Source of the DNA: a virus
Lineage: Duplodnaviria > Caudoviricetes
Reading direction: 5' to 3' (one strand)
Virus record (IMG/VR): IMGVR_UViG_3300047160_031539
Coordinates: 9,633 to 73,632 of that record
DNA: 64,000 nucleotides
Part shown: positions 53,279-62,232 of the stretch, piece after piece
Position numbering within the stretch: the first letter of the stretch is position 1
How the letters are laid out: every line of letters begins with the position of its first letter
Notes under the pieces: model-generated
What the model saw: the letters and a program-made list of their open reading frames with translations, nothing else
Database searches by the model: none
Told to the model about the DNA's origin: nothing
Position numbers and translations under genes: made by a program

Positions 53279-53529
53279 CGAACCGGCCTCCCCCTGCCGG
53301 CACGCACCTGGGCCAGCCCCTGCTTGTACTCCTCGGTCTCCTTGCACTCCCGGCAGGTGACGGCCGTCGGCTCGGCCGAGCGGTGGTAGGGCACCGGCCT
53401 GTTGTAGCCGGCCGAGAGCTGCGTCAGGCTGGGCGAGCAGGCGATCCGCTCCCCGTCCGGCGTGGCCAGGGAGTAGTGGACCACCACCTGCAGGGTGCCG
53501 TCGGGGAGGATCGCTTCGAGAGGTTCCAC
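53275..53529 (-). CDS. His/Cys Zn-binding small protein
   Basis: VHY...IAC...SAEPTAVTCREC; GAGGAGG RBS. Confidence 0.6.
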   Translation of the reverse strand: MEPLEAILPDGTLQVVVHYSLATPDGERIACSPSLTQLSAGYNRPVPYHRSAEPTAVTCRECKETEEYKQGLAQVRAGRGRPVR

Positions 53530-53540
53530 GCCACCCTCCT

Positions 53541-53564
53541 CAGGTGGCGCAATTGCGCCACCGG
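53541..53564. repeat. 24-bp palindrome, copy 14 (variant ending CCGG)
   Basis: 2 nt after the stop at 53567. Confidence 0.93.
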
Positions 53565-53566
53565 GG

Positions 53567-54109
53567 TCAACTGAAGACCTGCAGGGCCTGCATCCGCCGG
53601 GCGTCCTCGAAGCGGATTTCCGCCACGAGGGCCTCGGGACGGTCGCCGGCCTTGCCGCCGAACCATTCTCCGCCGATCAGGGACGGCACGTCCATGCCCG
53701 CGAAGTGGGCCGGCTCGCAGAAGCCGTAGACTTCCACGGCCTGCGGGTTCATTTCGACCAGGAGCGTGTTGGCCGCCTGGAGCAGGAGCCAGTCCATGTG
53801 CAGGGCAACGGCCAGGGCGTTGGCACGGGCGTTGAAACCGATTTCGGCGGCCAGCTTGCGGGCCAGGAGTTGGTCGCCGATACGGTCCTGGGGCACCGTG
53901 ACGCGCATCGAGAGAGTGAGGGCGAAGCTGAAGTATTCGTCCAGCGAATTCATCGAGCGGCAGGAGGACGGCCCCTGGCAGATCGCCACGAAGTAGTTAC
54001 CGGCCTTGGCCTGGGGCTTCCCGTCGGGCATGACCTCGCAGGTGCGGGCGTCGTAGCCGAGGTCCGTGCGGAGGCGGTCGCGGGCGGCCAGGAGGAGCGC
54101 GTCGATCAT
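53567..54109 (-). CDS. Putative tail terminator/completion protein
   Basis: 180 aa; size and position in the neck region. Confidence 0.45.
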   Translation of the reverse strand: MIDALLLAARDRLRTDLGYDARTCEVMPDGKPQAKAGNYFVAICQGPSSCRSMNSLDEYFSFALTLSMRVTVPQDRIGDQLLARKLAAEIGFNARANALAVALHMDWLLLQAANTLLVEMNPQAVEVYGFCEPAHFAGMDVPSLIGGEWFGGKAGDRPEALVAEIRFEDARRMQALQVFS

Positions 54110-54399
54110 TGCTTACGGACCTGCTCCTCGAGGGCGATAGCGGACTCTTCGGCCGGAACGCCCAGGCCGCAGACCATCATGGCCCAGATCCTGTAGGCAT
54201 CGACCTCGCCGCAGGGCGTGACCCGGACGGGCTTGCCGGCCAGGCCCGTGTCGGACTGGCCCAGGAGGCCCCCCAGGATGTGGGCCCGCTGGCGGGCGGC
54301 CAGGAGTTCGGGCAGGGAGCCGCCGACCCGCTTGATGAGGTCCATGACCTCCTTGCGGTTGGCACGGTCGTCGAATGACCCGAACTGGCTCCGGCCCAC
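54106..54399 (-). CDS. Hypothetical protein
   Basis: GTG overlaps the upstream TAG; an alternative ATG lies at 54345. Confidence 0.5.
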   Translation of the reverse strand: MGRSQFGSFDDRANRKEVMDLIKRVGGSLPELLAARQRAHILGGLLGQSDTGLAGKPVRVTPCGEVDAYRIWAMMVCGLGVPAEESAIALEEQVRKQ

Positions 54400-54656
54400 T
54401 ACCACACCTCCGCGACATGGCCACAGTCCGCCGCTTTGATGAAGACCATCCTCTTCGTACCGCAGTGGGCCTTCTGGCAACAGGGTTCGTCCGAGTAAAC
54501 AGAATGCCTGGTGATCTCAACCTTCTCGCCACAGGTTGGGCAAATGATCTTTTCCGGCAAGGCGGTTTCGGCGGACTTCTCCCACCCCGGCGGAAGGGCT
54601 GGCCAATGCCGCCGTACCAGTTGCTCTTTCCTTACCGCCCACTCGGAATCCGTCAC
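54399..54656 (-). CDS. Zn-ribbon small protein
   Basis: CPTCG...CC..HCG. Confidence 0.55.
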   Translation of the reverse strand: MTDSEWAVRKEQLVRRHWPALPPGWEKSAETALPEKIICPTCGEKVEITRHSVYSDEPCCQKAHCGTKRMVFIKAADCGHVAEVW

Positions 54657-55296
54657 AGTTTCTCGTCCCTCCGCAGCCTGGCGAACCCCTGATCCCGGGC
54701 CATTTTCTGGGCCTCCTCCTCACCGTAGCCGGCCCGCTTGGCCAGGGCCAGGGTGGCCTCCATGCTCAGCCGCGGGGCCACCTCGAAGTCGTGCAGGGCG
54801 TCGTAGGCGTGACAGCCCTCTAGGCAGTCGTCGAGGAGACGCTCGGTCCAGGCGTCGAGTCGAAAACAATTGACGCCGAACTGCCGGGAGAGGATGGCTC
54901 TTCGGGCGATCTGACGGCGAAAAAATGATGCAGGGCAATACTCTCTTTCGTCATGACGGCCAGGAACTCGATCGCCATGGCGTAGGAAAGGTCCGCGGGG
55001 CTCCTGGCCCCGCACAGGGCCGACACGAAGTCGTAGGCCGCCTTGTTGAGGGCATTCCTCTTTTCGGGCGGCACCTCGCCCTTCTCGTCGCGGAACTGCC
55101 GGTCGGCCGCCGTCCAGGCGTTGGTAACGGCGATCACGTCCACCACGAAAACGGGCAGGTCGCCGATCTGGACCTTCCGCCGGCCCTTGGCCCCGACGTG
55201 GATAATGTCGTCGGAGGGCCCCGAGCCGTTGACGGAGGCCCGCAACTCGGCGGCGACCTGGGGGCTGGGGATCTCGGGCTCTGCGGTGGGGGTCAT
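54653..55296 (-). CDS. Tail assembly chaperone, -1 frameshifted long form (GT-like, ~214 aa)
   Basis: Slippery T TTT TTC at 54925-54919 joins the 54820-55296 frame to an open -1 frame (FFRRQIARRAILSRQFG...) ending at 54653. Confidence 0.65.
54820..55296 (-). CDS. Tail assembly chaperone, short form (G-like)
   Basis: 158 aa, helical and acidic; contains the slippery heptamer near its 3' end. Confidence 0.62.
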   Translation of the reverse strand: MTPTAEPEIPSPQVAAELRASVNGSGPSDDIIHVGAKGRRKVQIGDLPVFVVDVIAVTNAWTAADRQFRDEKGEVPPEKRNALNKAAYDFVSALCGARSPADLSYAMAIEFLAVMTKESIALHHFFAVRSPEEPSSPGSSASIVFDSTPGPSVSSTTA

Positions 55297-55868
55297 GGGT
55301 TAGCCCTGAAGAAGTCAATGACAAGGTCGATGAAGCCGGCACGGGCGTGCCGTGCCACGAACCCCCACCAGGCCTCCGGCCAGCGGACGGGGGCCGGCCA
55401 GAGGGGCCGGCGGGGTATGTGAATCCGGTAGCCGTAGACGCCCCGGTGGTGCGTCCACGCCCATCGGCGCCTGGTGCCCACTGTAACGGCGTTCTGCTGA
55501 ACGCGGAAGACCTGCAGCGGCCTGCGGGGTATCGTCAGGTGGCCGCCGTCGGGGTCGGCCGGGTTCAGGGACTGCTCCAGGCCGTCCCGGACCCGCAGAA
55601 TCTCGTAGGGCTTCCGGCGTCTGGGCGAACGGCGAATGGTGACGGGAGACAGTTCTTTCCACTTCAGGCCGCTGCCGTCGGTCAGACCCCGGGCCCTGAC
55701 CAGGAACGCCTCGTGGACCTTCTGGAGGGCCGCCAGGCCGACGCGGATCAGCAGGGGGCGGTGGCGGGTCGCCTTCAGGTAGAGACGCGGCAGGGCCCGC
55801 ATGAGGAGCCGGATCTGGGCCGGCCGGGCGTAGAGGACGACCAGCTTGTCAGCCGCCGCAGTGGCCAT
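55293..55868 (-). CDS. Phage virion morphogenesis protein (Mu gpG-like)
   Basis: GLKWKELSPVTI...IL...GLEQSL...VTVGT..WAWTHHRG...IPRRP. Confidence 0.75.
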   Translation of the reverse strand: MATAAADKLVVLYARPAQIRLLMRALPRLYLKATRHRPLLIRVGLAALQKVHEAFLVRARGLTDGSGLKWKELSPVTIRRSPRRRKPYEILRVRDGLEQSLNPADPDGGHLTIPRRPLQVFRVQQNAVTVGTRRRWAWTHHRGVYGYRIHIPRRPLWPAPVRWPEAWWGFVARHARAGFIDLVIDFFRANP

Positions 55869-56049
55869 CCATCCAGCCCTTAAAGCCCGAGCGGGCCTTG
55901 CCGTAAGCGGCCGCGGCCGCGATGCGTTTGGCGTGGGCCATCGACTTGGGCGTCGTGTTACCGATCTTGCCCGAGTGCTTGTAGCTGTGCAGCATCTCGG
56001 CGATGTTGCCGCGGATCGTCTGTTTCCCCTTGCCCGGCTTGAGCGGCAT
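55849..56049 (-). CDS. Small basic phage protein
   Basis: MPLKPGKGKQTIRGNIAEM...RIAAAAAY..AR. Confidence 0.65.
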   Translation of the reverse strand: MPLKPGKGKQTIRGNIAEMLHSYKHSGKIGNTTPKSMAHAKRIAAAAAYGKARSGFKGWMDGHCGG

Positions 56050-56057
56050 GACTCATC

Positions 56058-56345
56058 TCACTTTCTCCGGCGGATAGTAAAACCGCTGTGCTGCCCGTCT
56101 CCCAGCGGTAGCGGCGTTTCGCTCACCGGGGCGATGGCCAGGCGCGCCTCGCAGCCGTCCACGGACACGGAGGCGCCGTTGATGTCCAGGCCGACCGGCA
56201 GGCCGGGGAAGCGGAATTTCTCGCCGCAGACCTCGCACCGGATCGTGATGTCGGCCATGAACTGGCCCGTGTCCTCCAGGCGGTTGATCACGGCCTCCGT
56301 GAAGAACTCCGGGTGGGAACACTGCCTGTCGGGTGACTCGCTCAT
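56058..56345 (-). CDS. Small Zn-binding hypothetical protein
   Basis: CSH...CEVC; ATGA coupling. Confidence 0.6.
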   Translation of the reverse strand: MSESPDRQCSHPEFFTEAVINRLEDTGQFMADITIRCEVCGEKFRFPGLPVGLDINGASVSVDGCEARLAIAPVSETPLPLGDGQHSGFTIRRRK

Positions 56346-56914
56346 CGCAGCCCCAGCATCTTGAAGCGGATCGAGACCGTCACCCCCACGATAGCACCCG
56401 CCGCCGAGGGTGACGAGGCCTTGCCTCCGCCGCCGGGGCTCGCCGAGGAACTGGCCGTGACACTGGCCTTGCCCACGAACCGGAACAAGTCGGGCATCGT
56501 GCATTGGACGTTGCCCAGAGCCGGGGTGGGGGCCGTGCCCACCGTTCGCGTCTGCTGGACGGCGTTGGCCGAGAAGGCGCCAATGCTCAGGAGGAAGCTG
56601 GCCGTGCCCGAGAGCAGGGTGAAGGTACACCAGGCCAGGTCAAACCAGAAGGCGTCCCCGAGGTTGCCCTGCCAGACGACGTAGGACAGGTTACTGGCCA
56701 GGGGCTGCGTGCAGGTGAACTCGACGACGGCCAGGCCGGCCTGGTGGTAGGGGCAGGGGATGGGAGGGGCGTTCTCGATCGAGGGCGGGCTGACGTTGTA
56801 GAGGTCGCCCTCGGCGGACGGCATGACGGCGGTCGTACCGGACGGGGTGAGGGCGGCGGCGTAGGGGACACCGCCGGTCATCCTCGGCACGTTGGTGTTG
56901 GCGAACGTCGTCAT
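56342..56914 (-). CDS. Putative virion structural protein
   Basis: Beta-rich, Thr/Ala/Gly-rich, in the head-neck region. Confidence 0.5.
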   Translation of the reverse strand: MTTFANTNVPRMTGGVPYAAALTPSGTTAVMPSAEGDLYNVSPPSIENAPPIPCPYHQAGLAVVEFTCTQPLASNLSYVVWQGNLGDAFWFDLAWCTFTLLSGTASFLLSIGAFSANAVQQTRTVGTAPTPALGNVQCTMPDLFRFVGKASVTASSSASPGGGGKASSPSAAGAIVGVTVSIRFKMLGLR

Positions 56915-56918
56915 GAGA

Positions 56919-57611
56919 CTACGCGGCCGCGAAGCAGGCGTTGATATTGGTCTGGACGGCACTGCCGCCGGCCGCCACGACGATGCTCATGGGGTTGCCC
57001 GGCGTGTTGATCAGGCCGTCGCCCTCGCCGGAGCCCGAGCCCCAGTTGGGACTCGTGGGCAGTGTGATGTCGTAGACGATCCCGTTGGTCGTCGGCAGGT
57101 CGAAGGCCCAGAGGATGTTGATCCCGTCCTTGATCTGGACGACCGGCTGGCTGGCCCAGGTGACGGTCCCGCCCAGGACGGAGATCTTGAGCGAACGCAG
57201 CCGCCAGGCCCGGTTGGCCTGGCCGGCCTGGGTCAGCGTGTTGGTGGCGTTGGTGGCCACGCTGTTGGCGAAGATCGTGGACGTGCCCAAAAGCGCGTTC
57301 TGGTAGCTGTCGTCCCCGCTGGCGGCGATGATCACCGTCGCCGAGCCCGTCGTCCGGGTGAAGAGGGCCTGGTAGGCCAGGAGGCCCTTCACGTCGGACC
57401 ACCAGCTGCCGTTGACCGTCGTCGAGAGGACGTTGGCCCCCGACGCGAAGGGCGTCATGGCCACCGGGTCGAAGCGCACGCCGTCGGGACTGCCCAGGAA
57501 GGAGACCGTCCCCGTCCAGGCGCCGCTGACGCCGATGCCGACGCGGCTCTGCTGGCCCGTGAAGAGCGTCAGACCCATGCCCGTCGCGTTCAAGACTTCC
57601 TGAATCTTCAC
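56919..57611 (-). CDS. Putative virion structural protein
   Basis: GGAGG RBS plus GTG after palindrome 15; two beta-sandwich-like halves. Confidence 0.55.
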   Translation of the reverse strand: MKIQEVLNATGMGLTLFTGQQSRVGIGVSGAWTGTVSFLGSPDGVRFDPVAMTPFASGANVLSTTVNGSWWSDVKGLLAYQALFTRTTGSATVIIAASGDDSYQNALLGTSTIFANSVATNATNTLTQAGQANRAWRLRSLKISVLGGTVTWASQPVVQIKDGINILWAFDLPTTNGIVYDITLPTSPNWGSGSGEGDGLINTPGNPMSIVVAAGGSAVQTNINACFAAA

Positions 57612-57624
57612 GGCCCACCTCCGT

Positions 57625-57648
57625 CAGGTGGCGCAATTGCGCCACCTG
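57625..57648. repeat. 24-bp palindrome, copy 15 (perfect)
   Basis: Between the 57660 stop and the RBS of 57611. Confidence 0.95.
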
Positions 57649-57659
57649 AAACTCAAGCC

Positions 57660-58424
57660 CTACCATTCCAGCCAGGTCACGCTGTTCCAGTCCACGTACT
57701 GGCCGTACTGGGTTGAAACCGAATCGGACAGGGGCTGCTCGACCCGGAGTTTAGCGTAATCGTAACGGGTGTCCACGGTGACGTTCGTGATGAACGGGTG
57801 CCCGGCCGTCCGCTGGGGGGCCCCGGCGACGTTCATCACGCCGACGCGGACCAGTTTCAACTCCTCCTTGACCTCCTTGGCCTCGTCCTCGACGCCCTGG
57901 GGCGGCGTCTGGCCCCTGCGGCGGCCCAGCCAGCGGGCCGCCAGGGCACTGGCCCAGCGTTTGACCGAGCCGTTCTGGGCGGCGTTGGCCCGGAGCACCT
58001 GGTCGTCGTAGCGGGAAAGGCAGTAGTCCTGCACCTCGGCCGTGCCGAACTGGCAGGCCTTGAGCATCCTCTGGGCCAGGGCCAGGTTGACCCCCGACTC
58101 CAGACACTGGGCCCCCGGCGGGATGTCCGCCTGGGTCGGCAGGACGTTGAGGACCGTGTCGCCGACCCGGGCCGTCTGGGAGACCACGACCTCCAGGACG
58201 GCCGGCATGCCGCCGCCGTCGAACTCCTCGACCGAGCCGGCCAGGACGGGGAAGACCAGGGCCATGACCTGGATCTGCGTGCTGCCCGGCGGGGCGTCGG
58301 CCCGGACGGTGATCGTCTGGGCGGTGGCCAGCCCGTGGTCGTCCAGCCTCAGTTGCCCGCCCTCCGTCGAGTAGAAATCGTAGACATCGGAGGGTTGACA
58401 GTACAGATCGTTGAGGGACGGCAT
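57660..58424 (-). CDS. Head-tail adaptor (Mu gp36/DUF1320-like) with an insertion
   Basis: YCQPSDV..., EVQDYCLSRY, WASALAARWLGRRRG, ELKLVRVG. Confidence 0.68.
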   Translation of the reverse strand: MPSLNDLYCQPSDVYDFYSTEGGQLRLDDHGLATAQTITVRADAPPGSTQIQVMALVFPVLAGSVEEFDGGGMPAVLEVVVSQTARVGDTVLNVLPTQADIPPGAQCLESGVNLALAQRMLKACQFGTAEVQDYCLSRYDDQVLRANAAQNGSVKRWASALAARWLGRRRGQTPPQGVEDEAKEVKEELKLVRVGVMNVAGAPQRTAGHPFITNVTVDTRYDYAKLRVEQPLSDSVSTQYGQYVDWNSVTWLEW

Positions 58425-59635
58425 CAGAAACCACTGACGGTCGCGGGGCAGACCACCTTGGGGACGTAAAGGAGCGGAACGGCGTTCAGGAGGCCGATCA
58501 GGTCCACGGCCGAGGGCTGGGTAACGTACTCGTGCCAGAAGTGGTAGCCCCGGCGGAGGACGCCCGGCATGCCCGGGTTTTCCACCACGTACTCGCCGCC
58601 GTGGTAAATCTGGCTCCACTCGCTGGACGGGCGGGTCAGGAAGAACGCCGTGTTGTCGGGCACCATCTTGGTGAGCGTGGCGGTCGAGGGGGCGGTCGAG
58701 TAGCTGGGGTCGATCTGGCTGTTGATCACCAGCACCTCGTCCGTGATGTGCCAGGTGATGGTCGGGTCGGCCCGGAGGATCGCCTCGAAGTCGCCGGTCG
58801 GCTCGCCGTCGGCCCCCGTCTCGGGCACGTTGTCGTACTCCGCGAACGGCGTGTTGGCGGAGCCGGCCGTGTTGCGCACCTCGTTGTTGGTGAGCACCCG
58901 GTACCACGTCGGGCTGTTGACCCACACGTCCGTCAAGGCGTAGCCCGAGAGCTGCATGAAGGCGGCCTTGATCGACATGATCTGCTGGATCAGGGGGGCC
59001 CCCGGGTTCGACCACGGCACGGTAAGGATATTCCCGGTCCCCAACATGTTGAGCTGGTTCTTGTTGCCGGGCGGGACCTGGAAGGGGACCTGGAAGCCGA
59101 AGGCGTTGGTGCCGGTCAACTGGCCGATCGAGACCAGGATGTTGTCGCCCTGGTAATTCAGGTACAGATTGTCCTGCAGCATCCCCGAGGTCATGACCTC
59201 GACGACGTTGTTGAACTGCCGGGCGATGTGGCCGATCATCCGCTGGATGTAATTCTGCCCGCCCGTGTCGATGACCGAGTTGGGGCCGATGACGGGGGAG
59301 AGGTTGCCCAGCTCCTCGTAGGTGAGCGGGATCTTCATGTGGAAGCGGGCGCAGGAGACCGGCACGCTGCCGATCGGGTTGACCGGGATCGTGGCGGGGC
59401 CGGTGCCGGGGGCACGGCCCTGGGCGATGACGCGGGTCGTGTCGAAGATCCGGAAGGTCGCGTAGCGGGTGTCGCCCTGGACCGTGTGCGGGCCCGTCAG
59501 GGAGACCTTCTCGCCGTCGAACTTGTTGGTCTGGAAGCCCATCCACCGCCCCAGCCGTCCCTGGCCCGGCCGGATGCGGCTGATGACCTTGAGGATGACC
59601 TGGGGCTGCAGGAGTTCGTGAAGGGAGACCGTCAT
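58424..59635 (-). CDS. Major capsid protein (lambda gpE-like, HK97 fold)
   Basis: 403 aa following protease and decoration genes; IARQFNNVVEVMTSGMLQ, PDNTAFF, AVPLLYVPK. Confidence 0.78.
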   Translation of the reverse strand: MTVSLHELLQPQVILKVISRIRPGQGRLGRWMGFQTNKFDGEKVSLTGPHTVQGDTRYATFRIFDTTRVIAQGRAPGTGPATIPVNPIGSVPVSCARFHMKIPLTYEELGNLSPVIGPNSVIDTGGQNYIQRMIGHIARQFNNVVEVMTSGMLQDNLYLNYQGDNILVSIGQLTGTNAFGFQVPFQVPPGNKNQLNMLGTGNILTVPWSNPGAPLIQQIMSIKAAFMQLSGYALTDVWVNSPTWYRVLTNNEVRNTAGSANTPFAEYDNVPETGADGEPTGDFEAILRADPTITWHITDEVLVINSQIDPSYSTAPSTATLTKMVPDNTAFFLTRPSSEWSQIYHGGEYVVENPGMPGVLRRGYHFWHEYVTQPSAVDLIGLLNAVPLLYVPKVVCPATVSGF

Positions 59636-59666
59636 CGTCTTTTACTCCTCGGTTGGGTCTCCCCGC

Positions 59667-60461
59667 TCAGGAAACGGTGATGGTGTTGGCCCCGGCCGAA
59701 TCGTTCTGGGCAATCCACTTGGTGGCGCCGGGGTTGGAGAAGAGGGTCAGGCCGCCGCCGATCAGCTGCCCGGCCGTCGAGAAGGTCAGCGTGTTGGCAC
59801 TGGCGTTGTTGAACGCCACGATGTTGCCGCCCTCGTTGCTGGTGATGGCGAAGTTCTGGTTGGCGACCACGCGGAGGCCGATCGTGATGCCGTTCTGGAT
59901 GGGCGGCAGGGTGAGCGTGACCGGGCCCGTGGCGCCCGTGTTGTCGAACTGGGCCGCGTTGTCCTGGGGGACGACGACCGTGTAATTGGCCGTGATCGAC
60001 TCAAACCGTCTCCAGGGGAAGTAGTGCAGGCCCGGGATGTTGAAAACGTCGTCGAAGGTGAAGCGGTCGGCCATCTGCTGGCGGGCCTGGTAGTCCAGGC
60101 CGATGATGGCGGCCGCCTTGACCGGGCCCGAGACGAGCAGGCCGTAGAAGCGGGGCTGGGGGGCGCCCGTCAGGATGTTCTGCAGGCGGATGGCCGTCAG
60201 GAGGACGCCCGCGGCCACCTCGGAGCCGTCGGTGTTGCCGGCCAGGTAGTTGGTGTAGGTCCCGTCGGCCGTCCTCTGCCCGAGGAGGAGCCCCACCCGC
60301 AACTCGTAGGTCGGGGTGTTGCCCGGGTCGGTACACAGGCTGGAGATTGTCCCGCCGATGATGAGGCCCAGGCCGGCCGGCCCCCAGCGGAAGGCGCTTT
60401 CGTAGGTCTCGGCCGGCGGCTGGACGCCGGGCTGGAGTCCCCAAACGTCAGTGTAGAACAA
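59667..60461 (-). CDS. Head decoration protein (lambda gpD-like N-terminus) with C-terminal extension
   Basis: LRVGLLLGQRTADGTYTNY...DGSEVAAGVL. Confidence 0.72.
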   Translation of the reverse strand: MFYTDVWGLQPGVQPPAETYESAFRWGPAGLGLIIGGTISSLCTDPGNTPTYELRVGLLLGQRTADGTYTNYLAGNTDGSEVAAGVLLTAIRLQNILTGAPQPRFYGLLVSGPVKAAAIIGLDYQARQQMADRFTFDDVFNIPGLHYFPWRRFESITANYTVVVPQDNAAQFDNTGATGPVTLTLPPIQNGITIGLRVVANQNFAITSNEGGNIVAFNNASANTLTFSTAGQLIGGGLTLFSNPGATKWIAQNDSAGANTITVS

Positions 60462-60478
60462 CTTTTGGCCCTCCGAAT

Positions 60479-60502
60479 CGGGTGGCGCAACTGCGCCACC
60501 TG
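60479..60502. repeat. 24-bp palindrome, copy 16 (variant CGGGTGGCGCAACTGCGCCACCTG)
   Basis: 1 nt after the protease/scaffold stop. Confidence 0.9.
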
Positions 60503-60503
60503 G

Positions 60504-62099
60504 CTACTTCCCGTTGGCCTGGGGGACGTTGATGCCAACATTCCGGCAGAACTCGTCGGCGACATCGTCCATGCGCTTCTGGCTGATCTCGCCGGGGTGG
60601 GCGTCCTGGGGGTGGTCCTGCTGGGTGGCGTGGCGGGACAGGAGGAGGTCGGGCAGGCTCACCATCGTCTCGACCACTTCCAGGGCGGCGTTGGCCGTGT
60701 CGTGGATGGTGCCGTCGTCGGCGATGGACAGCCGGGCGTCCTTGACCATTGCCAGGACCTTCTCGCGGAAGGCGGGGCTGGGGTTCCGGCGGCAGGCGGC
60801 CTCGACGCGGCGGTCGCGGACGGCCTTGGCCTCGGCCAGCATCCGCTGCTGGAGGGCGGCAGTCTTTCTGCCCTCGACCTCCTGGTGGGAGAGCATGGCA
60901 TCGACCATCGCCCGTGCGGTCGGGTCGGTGATGCCCTTGGCCTTCTCCCGGGCGTCGGCCAGGCTCATGTACAGGGGCGGCTGCTCCTGGACGACGTTCA
61001 TCCGCTGGCCGGGCGGGTTGGGCGGCAGGTCGTTGGGGTTCTTGCCCCCGGGCGGCTGATTGGTCAGGTTGTTGGGGTCAGTGCCCATGTCAGCTCCCAT
61101 CTTGCCGCCCTCTTTCATTTTCGACATCACGGCCTTGTACAGGCGCTCGAGGAAATTGTCCCCCGTCGTGCCCTCCTCCAGGAGCACGCCCATCGTCTCC
61201 AGGAGGTCGCCGATCACCTCGTGGACCGGGATGTCCCCGTCGGAATCGACGAGGCTGGGCTCCATGCCGGGCATCCCCGGCATCCCGGGCTGTCCGGGCT
61301 CGCCGGGCGGGGTGGTCCCGGGGGCCGGCGTGCCCTCGGGCTTGGCCGGCACGTCGCCGACCTTGGCATCCCCGGGGGGGCCCTTGGCAGGACCACTAGG
61401 GGGCTCCTTGGGCTTGGGCTTGGGCTTGGCGGCGGCCTCCATCAACTCGGGGGCGGCCAGGGGGATGCCGCCCGAGTAGAGGGAGAAGGCCACCGGGTAG
61501 GCCGGCTTGAGGAGGGTGCCCTCGCCCGAGAGGAGGCCGGCCCGGGAGAAGGCGAGGCCCTTGCCGGGGGCGTAGGAGGCGCCGGGGTGGGCCGGGTCGA
61601 AGGCCTGGGTGTGCAGGAGGCCGGCCCAGGACATGGCCGCGGCCACCGACGGGAAGGGCTGCTGCTTGGAGATCCGCGGGCGGGTGGTCAGGGCCAGGTG
61701 GCCGACGACGCCCTCCCACTTGCGGCCGTCGCCGTCCATGAAGGACGTGATCCAGGGGCTGGTCCAGCGGATGGTCTTGGGCAGTTTCTTGGCGATCTCG
61801 GGGTCCTGCACGTCCACGAGCGACCACAGGCCCTCGCCGTGCAGTCGCCAGTCGGAGACCCAGCCGGCGTTGTTGAGCAGGTTCTGGGCGGCCTTCTGGG
61901 GGGCGGTGAGGGGGACGGCGGTGGGCTGGTGCTCGACGGGGACCGGGATGGACAGTCCCGCCTGCAGCATCCGCTTGCCCTGGTCGTGCAGGTGGCGGAT
62001 GCCCTCGGGCGTGAAGCGGATCGTCCGCGGCAGGTTGGTTTCCTGGTCGAGGTACCAGTAGGTCCCGGGCCCCGGGATGACTTCCTTCCAGACGAGCAT
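60504..62099 (-). CDS. Capsid maturation protease/scaffold (Mu gpI-like)
   Basis: PVPVEHQ...AGWVSDW..HGEGLW...RWTSPWI...VGHLALTTRP, followed by a Pro-rich linker and a helical scaffold. Confidence 0.78.
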   Translation of the reverse strand: MLVWKEVIPGPGTYWYLDQETNLPRTIRFTPEGIRHLHDQGKRMLQAGLSIPVPVEHQPTAVPLTAPQKAAQNLLNNAGWVSDWRLHGEGLWSLVDVQDPEIAKKLPKTIRWTSPWITSFMDGDGRKWEGVVGHLALTTRPRISKQQPFPSVAAAMSWAGLLHTQAFDPAHPGASYAPGKGLAFSRAGLLSGEGTLLKPAYPVAFSLYSGGIPLAAPELMEAAAKPKPKPKEPPSGPAKGPPGDAKVGDVPAKPEGTPAPGTTPPGEPGQPGMPGMPGMEPSLVDSDGDIPVHEVIGDLLETMGVLLEEGTTGDNFLERLYKAVMSKMKEGGKMGADMGTDPNNLTNQPPGGKNPNDLPPNPPGQRMNVVQEQPPLYMSLADAREKAKGITDPTARAMVDAMLSHQEVEGRKTAALQQRMLAEAKAVRDRRVEAACRRNPSPAFREKVLAMVKDARLSIADDGTIHDTANAALEVVETMVSLPDLLLSRHATQQDHPQDAHPGEISQKRMDDVADEFCRNVGINVPQANGK

Positions 62100-62202
62100 T
62101 GTCTTGTCCGGCGTGTAAATCCCTGATTTTTCAGGGATTTGGGTTCGGGCGGCTCTGGTGAAGCCTCCGTTGACCTCACGCTACCCGAAGTGCCGGACGA
62201 GT

Positions 62203-62208
62203 TGTCAA
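62203..62208 (-). promoter_or_regulatory. Candidate -35 box of the head-operon promoter
   Basis: TTGACA in an AT-richer intergenic region upstream of the protease; no clean -10 at 17 nt (TAGCGT at 19 nt). Confidence 0.3.
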
Positions 62209-62232
62209 GAAGAATTTCTCAGGTGCCCTTCG

